DNA from: Trichosphaerium sp. ATCC 40318
Lineage: Eukaryota > Protista > Tubulinea
Assembly: GCA_038496445.1 (NCBI GenBank)
Contig: JALMLS010000378.1
Coordinates: forward strand, 1 to 64,000
DNA: 64,000 bases
Direction: 5' to 3'
Each line of letters begins with the position of its first letter. Within the stretch, counting starts at the first letter, position 1. Shown piece by piece: positions 25,809 through 38,795 of this stretch. Below the pieces are notes generated by a model, which was not told where the DNA came from, made no database searches, and worked only from the letters and a program-made list of their open reading frames with translations. The position numbers and the translations under genes are program-made.

Positions 25809-28800
25809 TCATGGTAGTGACCATTTGTCTTGTTTGCCAACCATGGTGAGCGTTGACGAACTCATAAATCCCAAGTCTGGGACAGCGTCCAGTAAACTTT
25901 TTACAAGTGGATCTAGTGCTTCATCTAACGTATTAGGCTTGTCTTTAGTAGTTTTTGTAGGTTGCGTAGGTGCGGTTGTAACCTCAGCCGTTGGCGGACT
26001 TTCAAAATTGGCCCAATCCATATTTCCATCAATACTTGTTTGTGACCCTGAATTTCCAAGCGTAAACTGCTCACTCTGAGATTTCTTCTTGCTTTGAATC
26101 TTTTGGGATATATTCTTGAGAAAGTCATCAGCGCTTATTGGTTTGGAGGTTTCAGCTTTTAATGTGGCTCCACCAGCTAAAAAAAAAAAAGGTGTTAATG
26201 GTGGTATTTGTTGTAGTACAGCCGCCACATACCCATATCCTTAAATACGTCATCTAAGAAGTCATCGCCAGCGATAGGAGTTGTAGTTTTAGTGGTACTA
26301 GTTTTAGGTGGAGTGCCAAAGAATGAAAAATCGAGTGGTTGTGAGCTGTCTGTTGGTTTCGGCTTGCTTGTGGCCGTTGAAGGAGATTTCTTTGTGCTCT
26401 TTTTCGACTTGGACTTCTTTCTTCTGGGACTGCTTGATTTCTTTGATTTAGATGAGGAGCTTCTCTTTACCTTTGACTTTGGTGAAGCTCTTTTCGCCGG
26501 TTTCGCTACAAAATAGCATTATTGCACTGTTGTGACTATAAGAAAAGAAAATCATACCAACAACTACTGGTGCTAAAACATCCATGTGAGGATTTAGAGT
26601 AGGTAATTTTGGTGAATTACTCTCCATCGGCATAGGTAACCGAGGTGACAAATTCCAGTACTCAACATTAGTCCACGGCTTCATTGCGCCAGCATCTGCG
26701 GCTTCAGCCTAAAAAGTAGTCAGCGTTGGCTGCAGAAATGTTGTAAAATAATAATACCTCTGGCAGGCCCAGTACTAACCGTAAATTCTTCTCAATGGCC
26801 GTTCCAACAAATACAGACTGAGCAGGTACGCTGGCACTAATATACAATATTTAATTTTAATGTTGTTGAAAGGGTAGTTGATCATTGTACCTTTCATCTT
26901 TTTCTTTGCAGCGTTGAAGCAACGAAGGTACAGTTTTTTCTTTGTCAGCCTTTGCAAAATGATCGAACCCAGCTGATTGTAGTACATCCTGTATCTTGTG
27001 ATATAATTCTTTCTGTGGCAAATCATTGACCCAATGTTTTGAAGACTGAATGAATTCAGTTAAACGATGGTAATAATACAAGTCGTACACTGGGCTGTGG
27101 TGATGCCACTACAGGCTCTGGTTTAGGTGCAGGTGCCGCTGCAGGCGGCTCTTCAAAAGCTGCAAAATCACCAAATCCTCCAGCTAGTGAATAAGTAAGA
27201 AATTCACAGAGGGATCACGTGATAACGTACTTGCTGGCGCTTCGAACTCGCCAAATGCGGCAAAATCTCCAAAGTTACCCTGTAGGAATAATGAGGATCA
27301 TGAATGGTTTACTGTTATCTTACCGAAGCATCAGGTGGTTCATCAAATGAAGCAAAAGATGCTTGTGGCGCAGCAGTAGCACTGGGAGCTGGTGAATCAA
27401 ATGCTCCGAATTCAGGCATCTCTTTTGTGGCGGTGGATTCAGTGAAGGCAGCGAATCCTTCATCACTAGGCGCATCAAATGATCCAAACCCATCAGAATT
27501 ATCTTGCTGATCAATTTGTGCCTTGGCAGAGGGTTTATCACTACCCGACTCTACCGTGCCAGCATCATGTTCTGCATCGGTGGTATCCGCTACGCCCTCT
27601 TGGTCACTTATTTCAGCGACGCCTTCGTCTGTGCCTTTCTCACTAGCATCAACATCGTCTTTAGCTAGAGGATCTTGATCATTCGTTGATTCTGCAGAGC
27701 CAAAGGCGCCAAAATCTGGAGTATCTTGGGTATCTACGTCTCCAAAGGCACCAAACTCTGGAGTGTCTTGTGTGTTAGGTTCTCCAAAGTCACCAAATGC
27801 TGTTGTATCTTGGGTATTTGCATCCCCAAAGTCACCGAATGCTGGCGTGTCCTCCTCATTCGCATCTCCAAAAGCACCAAACTCTGGAGTGTCTTGCGTA
27901 TTTGATTCTCCAAAGTCACCAAATGTGAGCCCATCAGTTGCATTTGTTTCACCACTATCCACAGCACCATCTACTACATTTGTGGATTGTGAATCTGGGG
28001 CATCTTCTTCATTTGTGCTATCCACTTGAGTTGACTGAACATCACTGACAACCTCATCGGGACTATCATCATTACTAGCAGTAGAAGCTAACACTTCTTT
28101 TTCTGGTTCGTTAAAATTACCAAAGTCTGTGGCATCTGTTGAATCTGCAGAACCGAACTTAGTCACGTCTTGTGATTTGTCAATTCCTACAACTGCGCTT
28201 CCTTCTTGTACGTTATCAGCAGCAGGCTCAGTTATACTAGAATCTTGTGTCAAGTTTGTGGACTCGTCAGCGATCACATCAGGTGAAGTGGTTGCGTCAT
28301 TCACATCTGCTTCAAATGGCTTTTGCAAACTGTCAGCCTCCGAATCATTGCTGGAGTTATCGCCGCCACTAGCTGGAGGATCTTGCAAGGTATCAAAGTC
28401 TTTAGCTGGAGGCTCTTGATCATTCGTTGATTCTGCAGAGCCAAAGGCGCCAAAGTCGGGAGTATCTTGGGTATCTACGTCTCCAAAAGCGCCAAAGTCT
28501 GAAGTGTCTTGAGTATTTGATTCTCCAAAGTCACCAAAATCTGGTGTGGCTTGTGGAATTTCAGAGTCACCAAAGTTACCAAAACCGTTTACGTCTGAAT
28601 TCGCGGAGGTAACATCAGTTGTACCTTGCGTTGGAATGGTGAGAGTATCATTCTCTGGCTCTGTAGTTGTACTGGGATCATTGTTATCATGCTGACTTAC
28701 GGTGTCATTGACGGGTTCATCATCAGCAACATCTTCATTAATATCATCTGGCGTATTATCAAAAGGTACTTCTGTTGAGGAGGTACTACCATACTGCGCT

Positions 28801-30488
28801 TCCACAGCACTCAGTTTTTGTTGAGGCTCGGTTGAGTTGTCGCTGTGTTCGCTACGATTAGTATCATCTTCTGGGCTTGTGATACTGGAATCCGGTACAT
28901 TTTCAGTAGAAAGAGCGACCTCAGGATTATTTACTTGGCCAAACGAGAAATCAGCGCCATTGCCCATAGAATCAAACGCTCCAAATTCGGTAGATTGGTC
29001 ACTTGGCTCTGCAAATGCTGAAAACTGGGTATCATTTTCAGCAGCACCAACAACATTATTAAATTCAATAGAAGGTTGTGCGGTTATAGAGTTGTCAGAA
29101 CTCGATGAACGCGGACTAGAAACTTGTTCAATACCATTTGCAACAGATTCATCGTTAGCGCTTTCTTGTTCTTCATCAGCATCTGTGGTAGCAGCATCGC
29201 CAATGGATTCAGTAATGTTCTCTTGTGCTGTTTGGTCATCACCTACTTGTGCTTCGTCTTGTTCGTTGCTTGCTGTTTCTACAGGTGGAGCAGTTTCGTC
29301 GTTATCAATAGTACTTGACTGCGTTTCCATTGCATCAAACGTTGTGTCCATAGTCGGTGGACTAGCCATGCCAGGTTCACTATCTACATCAAATGAGGTA
29401 AATGAATCACCAGTTAAGCCCACATTGGTTGTTTCGGTAGTCACAAGTTCCTCGCTTGTATCTGCGAGGCCTGTAGGTGGCTCTACTACTTCAGGGTTAT
29501 CATCTGAGCCTGTCAAGGCGCCAAATTCGTGCGCTTGTAGCGTGTCATCAAGTTGGCTATCGGATTGATCAGTGCTAAAGTTGGTAGTTGATTGTGCTCC
29601 AACATTTGGTGTTGCAGAATTGTCTTGTGGTTCCTGAATATTACCCTCCACCCCATTTTGCTCAGGCAATGTGCCAGAGGTCCCATTCATATGCAGTTGA
29701 GCGTCAGTAGCTGCTGTGCCATTAGTAGCCTCCGAGGGAGCGCTCTCAAAGGAACCAAATGCATTAAAATCTGTCGATGTGCCGGCTGATTCAAAATTTG
29801 CGAATTGCGTGTCATCTGGGAAGCCATTCGCAGCGCCTTGTATAGGAGCGGCGAAAGAACCAAACGCTGAAAAGTCGACTTCTTCGTTAGTGCCACTACC
29901 TGCAACACTTGTGAGCATGTGGACGCAATGCTGTAGTATGTACCCCAAGCAGCCCACTCAGTGGTGGCGCCTCCCGTTTCGGAGTTGTCTTCAACGCGCT
30001 CATCCAGTTGTTGCACTCTGCTTCCTTGTTGCGATGGTCTGGTAATAATAATTAGCTGAATATCGGTTTTACAAAATGCCCAAAAAGGTACCTTGAACCA
30101 ACAGATCCTACTTCAACGCCAATTGACGAAGCGCCAATTGATGACGCATCATTGTCGCCATCAAATGAATGGTCTATGGCCAAAAATCCGTTGCCATTGC
30201 TATTTGTGTCGTTGTGCGTTGCTTGTTTATCAATATCACCAGATTTAACTACAGCTTCTAATTTTTGTGTAGTGAGGTGCCCATTTGTGTCTACAAGCTG
30301 TAAGGCTAGCGTAACACGCACGAATAGTTTAATAGATTTTCCCATCAACAGAACGAATAAATAATGTAACAGCAGCATAACGCACCTTCCATAGAATCTT
30401 GTGTCAATGTACTGTGCGTTGTTGGTTCCTCCGTTCCATCCAGCGTCAGATTATTTTGGTTGGTACCAGCGCCTGGAGGATTCTCCAT
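25809..30488 (-). CDS. Aftiphilin/CLBA1-like clathrin-AP-1 accessory protein
   Basis: Long acidic disordered region with many (D/E)FG(D/A/E)F gamma-ear-binding motifs, a DWANF (WxxF) motif, and C-terminal LLDAVPDLGFMSSSTL resembling the aftiphilin LPDLSFM box. Confidence 0.75.
27675..27925 (-). repeat. Coding tandem repeat, 42-bp (14-aa) unit, ~6 copies
   Basis: FGDFGESNTQDTPE / FGAFGDANEEDTPA / FGDFGDANTQDTTA / FGDFGEPNTQDTPE / FGAFGDVDTQDTPD / FGAFGSAES. Confidence 0.9.
28416..28587 (-). repeat. Second copy of the 42-bp coding repeat array (~4 units)
   Basis: FGDFGESNTQDTSDFGAFGDVDTQDTPDFGAFGSAESTNDQ; the DNA is nearly identical to the end of the 27675-27925 array. Confidence 0.9.
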
Positions 30489-30679
30489 CCGAGCGCCGTT
30501 TAATTTTAAATTTTCGGTTTTGAATTATTAAACAACAGTAGAAACGCGCTACGCTGTACAGGATCCAAGCACCGCTATTTCAACGCAAAGGTATGCGTAT
30601 TGATGAATAATGTTTAGCAGATTAGTCACGCCTGTTCAATTTAGACACCAAATTAAGTGAGTCTGTAACTGCTGCAAAC

Positions 30680-31868
30680 ATGGTACAACACATATTAGCT
30701 GTGCACTATTAACTGTTTTAGTCACGTTCCCGCTCAAGAAGTCGTTCACGCGATAGAGGTCGTTATTCAAGACGATCGCCCTCACCTCGTAGGCGCAGGT
30801 GCGTGTAACCCACGAACAAAGCCTTAATTAATGATAAACAAGGCCTCGAATGGACAACCGACGTAACACCGAGCAGTCTGTTACTTTATTCATTGGAAAC
30901 CTTTCCTACAACGTTGGTACGCTCATAGACCATAAGATGGCTCAAAACCAATTCTAAAGCCCTAAAGGAGAGAGAGAGTTATTTGATCTCATGGACAGGT
31001 GCGTAATAGCTCATTTCGCCATGCAAGAAAAAATCCTTGCTTTGGTTGAAACTCCTAAAGCTCGCTGAAGTCACTCATTTCATGCAGGGTTGGCCCAGTT
31101 GAATCCGTCACAGTTGGAATTAACAGGAGGAATGGTATGAGCAAGGGATACGCATTTGTAGAGTTCAAAGATCGAAGAGATGCCGAAGCAGCCTTTGCAA
31201 AGTACTATTCAGTTTGTCAATTGTTCAGAAAAAAACCAAACCTCCAGCCAAATACTTGATACTGACTACGCTAGATATGACGGCTACAACCTCGATAACA
31301 GGCGATTACGCCTCGATTGGGACATGGGTATAAAGAAAAAACGACAACTGGGCCTCGGTGGCGGAAGAGATAGACGGTTAGTGCCTTGACCAGTATGTAC
31401 TTCAATTGACAACGTTACAGCCGACGATCCTATTCCAGATCAAGATCGCGGTCTAGATCGCGCAACAGACGCAGAAGGTACTCTCGTAGTAGATCACGCA
31501 GCAGATCTCGCAGTCGTAGAAGAAAACGGTCGCGCAGCAGATCTAAGGATCGCAAGCATAGATCTCCAACTAGATCCGCTAGCAGATCCCGCTCAGACAG
31601 GTATTTGATTGTGCCAAGCCATTTAAACTTACAAAGAGCACTAGCAAACGTGATCGTTCGAGAGATAGGTCCCCTGATTCCAAAGATAAAACAGGCAAGA
31701 CAAATTGAAACTTTAAGTTCGTAAAGGGTTTACATTGAATTTTTAGATAAGAAACGGGATAGGTCCCCTGATAGTCGCAGCGACCACGATGAGCCTCCTG
31801 AGAAGCGCCAAAAACTCGAAGATGATGGCGACGCGCAGCCTGAAGAAGGAGATAAGGACAGAGATTAG
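30680..31868 (+). CDS. Tra2-like SR splicing factor (RS-RRM-RS)
   Basis: ATG-only first coding exon, SRSRSR tract, RRM (LFIGNLSY..KGYAFVEF..YDGYNLDNRRLRLDW) and a second RS domain. Confidence 0.88.
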
Positions 31869-32509
31869 GCTTTACGTAGACCATACTTTATTGGTTTTCC
31901 TCGCCTCTACTAGTTAATTATAATTGCGATATTACGATGTATGACCTCGCGTACCTTTTACAACCAGTAAAGAGAGGATGTGGATAAAGGAGATGCCAAA
32001 TGCATTTTATGATTTCTTAGCCAGTTCAATAGAGGCCTCTTTTTAAAATCGGTTAGTCTTTTTCACAGCACCAAAAACATATTTAAACTGGTGTATATTA
32101 ACTGATGAAAAGCGTGGAAGACCAGTTTTTTTTTTTTGTGCGGATTTGGGAGCATTTTGCGTTGGTTAAGTAGCCCTGTGAGGATGCACAAACGAGGAGG
32201 ACGCGGGGAAAGAATTGAAGAGTTGTTTGATGAAGAGATGATTAATAATTTAATGTGGTGTAAGCACCACAAGCTTAGTTACCTATTTGCCTTGTATCTT
32301 GTTACACGTAAACAAGGCGGTAAAATAGTCATAGTAAACGCAAATGACAGGAGAGTAAACGCAATTTTTTTGTCGCTTTAGAATATGTGTGACTTTACGA
32401 ATGTTTGACCGCAAGCATTATTGGCTCTACGAGTGTAGGCACGCTGCATAGTACTAGTAGTTGCTTAAAGTGAGTAAACTGTCTATTACCAATCTAATAA
32501 GCATAAAAG

Positions 32510-35500
32510 ATGCTCCAAAGCTTGAGGCTCACTACCGCACGCTCAAATGCGCGTGAGTCATTACAACGGGCGCATAGCAAACCTTCACGCGCCACAACAG
32601 CCAAACCATTGAATACACTACGCCATTATGGTAAACAATTTGGTAAAAAATCAAAGGAGGGAACTGTAGATGATAAAAAAGACAAGAAAGAGGAAGAACA
32701 AGAAGTTACACCACTTGAAGAGGACCAACAACCACTTCAAAATGAAGAACCAACTTCCCAGTTCTTTTCTTCGTCTAACTACGATCTATACGATAAAGGT
32801 ACGTCAACAGCCTATAACAGGCTGTAAACAGTTTTAAAATGACTGTGTGGTCTAATTAACAATTATAGATAAATCTTTCTTTGAGCAGCTGCCAAAAGTG
32901 TCCAAAGGCAGTAAATTCGTTGGTTGGATGGAAAGCATGCGTAAAGACGCTAAAAAGAAGGAAGATGCCGGGTTTACAGTATGTTTTATGCAAATCTCAC
33001 AAAAATAAGTTCAACTCATCGACGCGTAACTAATGGATGGTCTAGGTAGTAAAAGATGCGTTCGAACAGATGAAATTGCAAATGGACGACCCAGAACAAA
33101 CACCAGACACGATTATAGATGATTCCCACCCTGCATGGGGCGATCGTAAGAGTGATATAGATGACAACATGGACACGATTAGGTTAGTACAACAATATTT
33201 GATTGTCGGTTGTTAACTTGTCAAACTAACTTTTGCTCTTTTTAACTGACATTTTGTAAAGGTCCTTGATGAAGTACCACCCTGAAGAGTTTCACATGTT
33301 TTTTCAAGAGTCAATGAAAAAGAAGATTGCTGAAGACAATGATCCACTCGCTAGAGCATTCATGTCTGCATACGATTTGGTGTATGGCGTGCGCGATTTT
33401 GACCAAGAACAAAAAGAAGTAGATGACGCGGTCGCTGAAGGCAAAGCAAAGATTGAAGAAGGAACTGGCAGACCATACATTGAAACTAAAGCATTCGACG
33501 ATAAAGATATCATCGACCCTGACTTGCCAGAAAACGAGAGCCCTGACAAAGATTTTGATACCAGCCACAAAATACAAGACTTGGATAAAATGTACGTGTA
33601 CTCAACGGTGATTGACTGAAAAAAAAAAAAACTAACGCTGCGTCAAACGAATAGTGGAAATTTGAACGATGATATTCAGAACGACCCTACAGAAGCTGAA
33701 TTCGGCACAGCGCAATTGGAATCTGGCAAAAATAAGAACATAGAAGATCCTGAGGTGCTGAAACAGGAAATAGCCGATGAAGATCCTGCAGAAGCGCGAA
33801 AGCTATTGAAAGAGCAACAATGGTTCTGTGACAGATTTTTCTTGACAGGCGAGCAAGCAGAGAGATATGCTGAAACCCAAGCAATAAAAGCCAAACACAT
33901 ACGATTGCGTAACCGTGTGGTACAGGCTCTATCAGTTGCCGATGAGGAAGGTAAACTAAACTTGGCCAAATTCGTACGTAGCTTTAGTTTGGCAAAACAA
34001 GCTTACTCACTTGCCAACTCTACCATATTTCTGCTGTTTAATTTCGTTTTCGTAGCTCGAAGTGTTCGTTACGGATGAGTACCACAGAGATGCTAAGGCG
34101 ATTGCCGAGAGAATTGTAGAATGGAGTGATATCAAAACACTTATGGGTAAATTTTTAAAGAAGCTAGTGTGCACTACCAGTCGAGAACTAATGTCATTAT
34201 TTGTAGAGGATAATCTAAAAGACGAGAATTTTAAGCGTGTAGTTTCTCGTGCTAAAATTAAATTTGTTGAGCGCCAAGTGGCCAAGGACATTGAAGTCAT
34301 TGAGACACAAGGCAAAACTGATCTTGATGCTAACAAGAAGTTGATTGGAACATACAGTTTGAATGACTGGATGGACCTCTTTACCAACCGCAACCCGACA
34401 GAAGTCGATGAGAAAGCACCAGAGCCAACCCAATTCGAACGTCGGTTGGCCAAGGAGCTACACCAGAAAGATTACCCTACACCACAAGGAACTACATTGG
34501 AGGAGGTACTCAAATACGGCTTGTTCTTTACTGATTTGGTGTGCAGTTCGATGATGTTATGAAATCAATGGCGGATGATGGTGCTGGTATTTTGACAACA
34601 GATCATGATATTGAAAGACCTAGTACGTTTTTTACCCCACAAAACAAAAAGTACATCCGTTTTGTGAATAACACATTCGTTTAGGTCCTATCAGTGCTAA
34701 TACGAAAAATGAAATTGACGTTGTGGAACACGAATTCACACCTATTATGACTGAGTTTGATGCAACAACCCAATGGAAAGATGTATGCTGTGGATAACAG
34801 TCGGATTTATCACACGCTCACCGTTTGTAGGCATACTCTGAAGAAGGTATTCATCACTACATCAGATTTACAGAGGACGAACAAGCCAAATTTTTGCCAG
34901 AGGTTCGGTTTTCTTTACCCTTCTTATTTCCTGTTGCATAACTTGCTTGTTTTAATCCAGAGAACTGGTGGTGATCTTTACAAAGAAGAGAAGATCCATG
35001 GACAAGTTGGAATTTTGATTCGTCGATCAACCATCGATCTCATACAACGTTTAAAGCAATACGAAGAAAACGCGTTTGTCGACAGCAAACCAATTATCCT
35101 TTGTACGTACTCCTTTTTTTTCCTTGGTATGGAGTATATCCAGAACTGACACTCTGTAGCTGGTCACAGAGGCGTTGGTAAAAGTCAAGCACTGGGTAGT
35201 TTGGTGCACTGGGCGCGTAAGAATGGATGGATTGCCTTGTATGTAAAAGGTGCGTTAGTGTTGAAATCTTACTTGATTTCATTGTTGTTTGTGCGATACT
35301 TTTTGTTCATTGTAATAACTTTGTTGTTGTGTAGGTTACCACATCATGACGGCACAAACTAATATCATCAAAAACATGAAATTCAAGACAAAGCGAGGCG
35401 AAGTTCTTTGGGATCATCCTGTCTATTGCATGAGATGGTTGAAAGGTCTACTAGAGGCTCATGGTGTATGTTTGAAAACATGTTATCTAGTGAACTGACT

Positions 35501-36286
35501 TTCTACCTAGGATAAATTCAGAAATATCAAATTGCGAACTGGTATTTCTGATCTACCTGACTTTAAGGGAAGCACTGTATTTGATCTTGTTGAGTACGGA
35601 TCTGTCATGTACTTTGAAGGTACGAGAAGCGAGATGTGTTGATATTTGTTCATTGTTTGTTCTATTATAATTACCGCTTGCGTTGTTCTGACAAATGATA
35701 GCTGGTTCTGTTTGTATGCACCTCAGAAACGAGATGAAACATTGTGTTGAGTACCCTGTTCTTGTGTGTTTTGACGACGTGAGCGCCATGTCACAATACA
35801 GGACCTCTCACTTTGGTGATCCTGAGAGTCCTAGTATTGCTCCGAAACCACTGGTAAGCCATCCCCTTCTATTAAACACGTGCCCTATTACCTTTACTCA
35901 TTTCGTTATTTTAGAAAGGATACCGGTTTACGTTGAACTACATGTTCCACGAATGGTATGATGAGCACGAGTTGGCTTATGGTGCGATGGTTGGCGCCAG
36001 AACTGGTTTGCCTTCGTCCAAGGCTTGGGACATGCTACACTGTAGACCAGGCTTGGAATACGAGATTGAACCATTTACACGTAAAGAAGCAGATGCCCTA
36101 TTTGAATTTTGGGAGCGCCACAAGTACACTTCTATTGGTACGGTGCTATTTAGTTTGACAACTGAAAATCAAAGTTTTTTTCTCTAATTTACTTGCACAG
36201 AAATTGGTGGCCGCGTACGTGATTACATCCGGTGCATATGTTGTGGATCTGGTAGTGAAATGCAACGCTACGCAAAACACTTGTAG
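32510..36286 (+). CDS. DAP3: Mitochondrial ribosomal protein mS29/DAP3 with a long N-terminal extension
   Basis: Arg/Ser-rich presequence; C-terminal LIRRSTIDLI, P-loop GHRGVGKS, VHWARKNGWIALYV, YPVLVCFDD and IEPFTRKEA. Confidence 0.85.
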
Positions 36287-36694
36287 ATTTTTTTGATTTG
36301 GTGCTTGGTTACCAAAAAAAGCTCATAGAAACGGCATATGTACAGGGCTGTAATAATTTTGTAAAAAAAAGCAAAAAAAAACGAAACAGTCAAAGATTGA
36401 TAGACAACCAACCACATAGTTGCAAGTTTGTTACTTCTGGTACAGCTGGTACCAGCCATTTATGGTCTTAATTTTAATTGTACCTTAACTACAAAAAAAA
36501 TCAGCATTCGAGAGCCGATATAGAAAGCACCTACGCCTTATTTACACTATAGTACGAAAGGGTTCTAATTTGCGCATGCACAGTACATTTTGGTGTGATA
36601 TTTGTTGAGGACGTACTAGTAAGTGTAAAACACAACTTGAGAGCGAGTAAACCTGATAAACCTTTTTAGGTTTGAGTTTTGAGTTTCTTTCAAA

Positions 36695-38347
36695 ATGGCA
36701 TACAATCCAACAGATTTTGTATATGGGTACGCTATACTGCAAGCATATTATCTTCTCATGCGTGATTAGTATTCAACCCACGAATAGCACGGAAATCAGA
36801 GTTCCACCAATTGCGAAACAAGGTAACGGTAACAACCAAGCACATTGTAGCGTAGTCTGACCTTAATTAGAAAATGTACTACCACTCCGCGCTTCTGCCC
36901 CAACGTTGCCCCTGTTAAACCTACCAAAGAGAACTCCGTTGCCTGTGGTACATAATCAATTATGCTAACACGCAATTATCTAGTGACATGTCTAATCTCT
37001 CTTAGCCACACATTGGCGCAGAAGACGAGGAGACATCAATGTTTCCTGCGAGAGAATCAGGGCGTAGTAACGATGAACCAACAAAACGCAAATCTGTCCG
37101 CAGGTCGCTCAGTCTTGGCCGTGTAGAGGTGCTTAAAAGCCCAGCCAAAAAAAAGGATAGTGCGTATACAGTTCTTCTATTATAACGACTTGCACACTCA
37201 CCGCTGAGCTCTAGAGGAGAAGAAAATGAAAAAAACGAACAGCGTCAATTTTTCAAAAGAACGCAAAAGGAAGTCCTCAATAGGAGATAGCTCACGCAAG
37301 TTGACAAAAAAGAAGAGTAACAGGCGTAACAAATTAGAGAGAATTGATTCTGCCCGAAATAAAAAGAAATTAAAGCCGTCCTCACCATCCGATAAGAAAA
37401 AAAAGCCCAAAAAAGCCAAAGCCCCGAAAAAGTCTAGTACGTCAACAACAAAACAAACTAAAAACAGTAAGTTACTATAAAATTTAAGTTGACATTTTGT
37501 TACCAACAGGTTCTCGGCCCACTTCTCCTTTACGTGCTGGAATTAGTGCCGAAGACAACAACTTTAGTCTAGGTACGATTGTACTGCGAATGACAACACT
37601 AACACTTTTGCAGCCGGTGTACTATCTCCACGCCAGTATGCTTGGAAGAACTTTGAGGATGATGACGAATTTCCTCCAGAACCCTTCCCAAAACCAGTGT
37701 GGAAAGGAAAGCTTCCTAAGAAGAAGGAAACACCACGTGTGGCCAATTATAAAGCATACGCAAAACTTAAGTTGGTATGGGATTCGTGGGCAAACGCAAA
37801 GAAAATCTGGGAGGCGAACAAAATTAAACAAATGTTTGGCAATGTGGTACGTCATTTTTTTTAATTGTTGCTCTTTTTCTCCTAATAAACATTGCAACAG
37901 GAAACTCCTGCTATACCAATTAAAATCAGTGAGAGCGTGGATATTCCAGCATCCCAACCAAGTAAGATAGCCCCCCTTTGAGTCAACGTAGGTATCAGTG
38001 GTTAACATTGCGTATAGAACCTATTAGTGCACAGCCTTTGTCGAGATCCTTAGATTCTATACCTTCTCCTAGATCTCCTCATGCTCACTCTCCTCATTCT
38101 CCCTCAGCACGTACAGGGTACGATTCTTCACTACACATAAGTGTATAAAAGTATTAAGATTGTTTTATCAAGGATTTCTGTTTATACTGCGCGTAAAAAG
38201 TCTGCCAGAACTCCTGTTAAAGCAGTTTCATTTGGAGAAGATTGCATAAAAGCAGTACCGCAAGCTGCAGCGATACCAGTACGTGATAGTGACGCCCATG
38301 TCCAATATCACAGATGCTCTTCTAACGCAAATATTAGCCTCCTTTGA
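36695..38347 (+). CDS. Hypothetical basic, Ser/Pro/Lys-rich protein
   Basis: A GT-AG spliced path runs from MAYNPTDFVYG through Lys-rich and Trp-containing exons to SNANISLL*; no domain recognised. Confidence 0.5.
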
Positions 38348-38795
38348 GTAGTGCACGTGCTAAAGGTCATCGCTAATGACCGCACGGCTTGTCAGTTATG
38401 AGACACTTCTTATCAGTAATAGATTACTGCTGTGTCTCTTAAATTTGATAGTTGAAATAATAGCCAAACAACCTAGTAGTGATGCGTCATTGCATGATTT
38501 GTAAATTAACCCTGAAATTGACCTTATAAAAAAAACCAAAATTGTCACACCTTTGCTGTCTTTGGTTTGTCTTTTGCAGCTTTTGCATTTTTCATAACAT
38601 TTGTAGTGCCACACTAAAACATGTTTGTACGAGCTAGTGTTAAGTCACATGTTGTTCACTACCAATTTGCTCAAAGCAGAAAGAGCATTCCAGTACAAAC
38701 AATACGCTTAATTTGTAGGCTTTTGGTGACTTTTGGTGTAATTCTCCACAGCAAAAACAAAATACGCAAATAACTGTCCCTCGATACTATGATCC

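Noticed and set aside
27675-28587. CRISPR-like or transposon repeat array
   Set aside because: The repeats are in-frame 42-bp coding units without unique spacers, in a eukaryotic context.
28837-30045. Long plus-strand ORFs (e.g. 243 aa) opposite the aftiphilin-like gene, and similar antisense ORFs elsewhere
   Set aside because: They are shadow ORFs of low-complexity coding sequence with no recognisable motifs.
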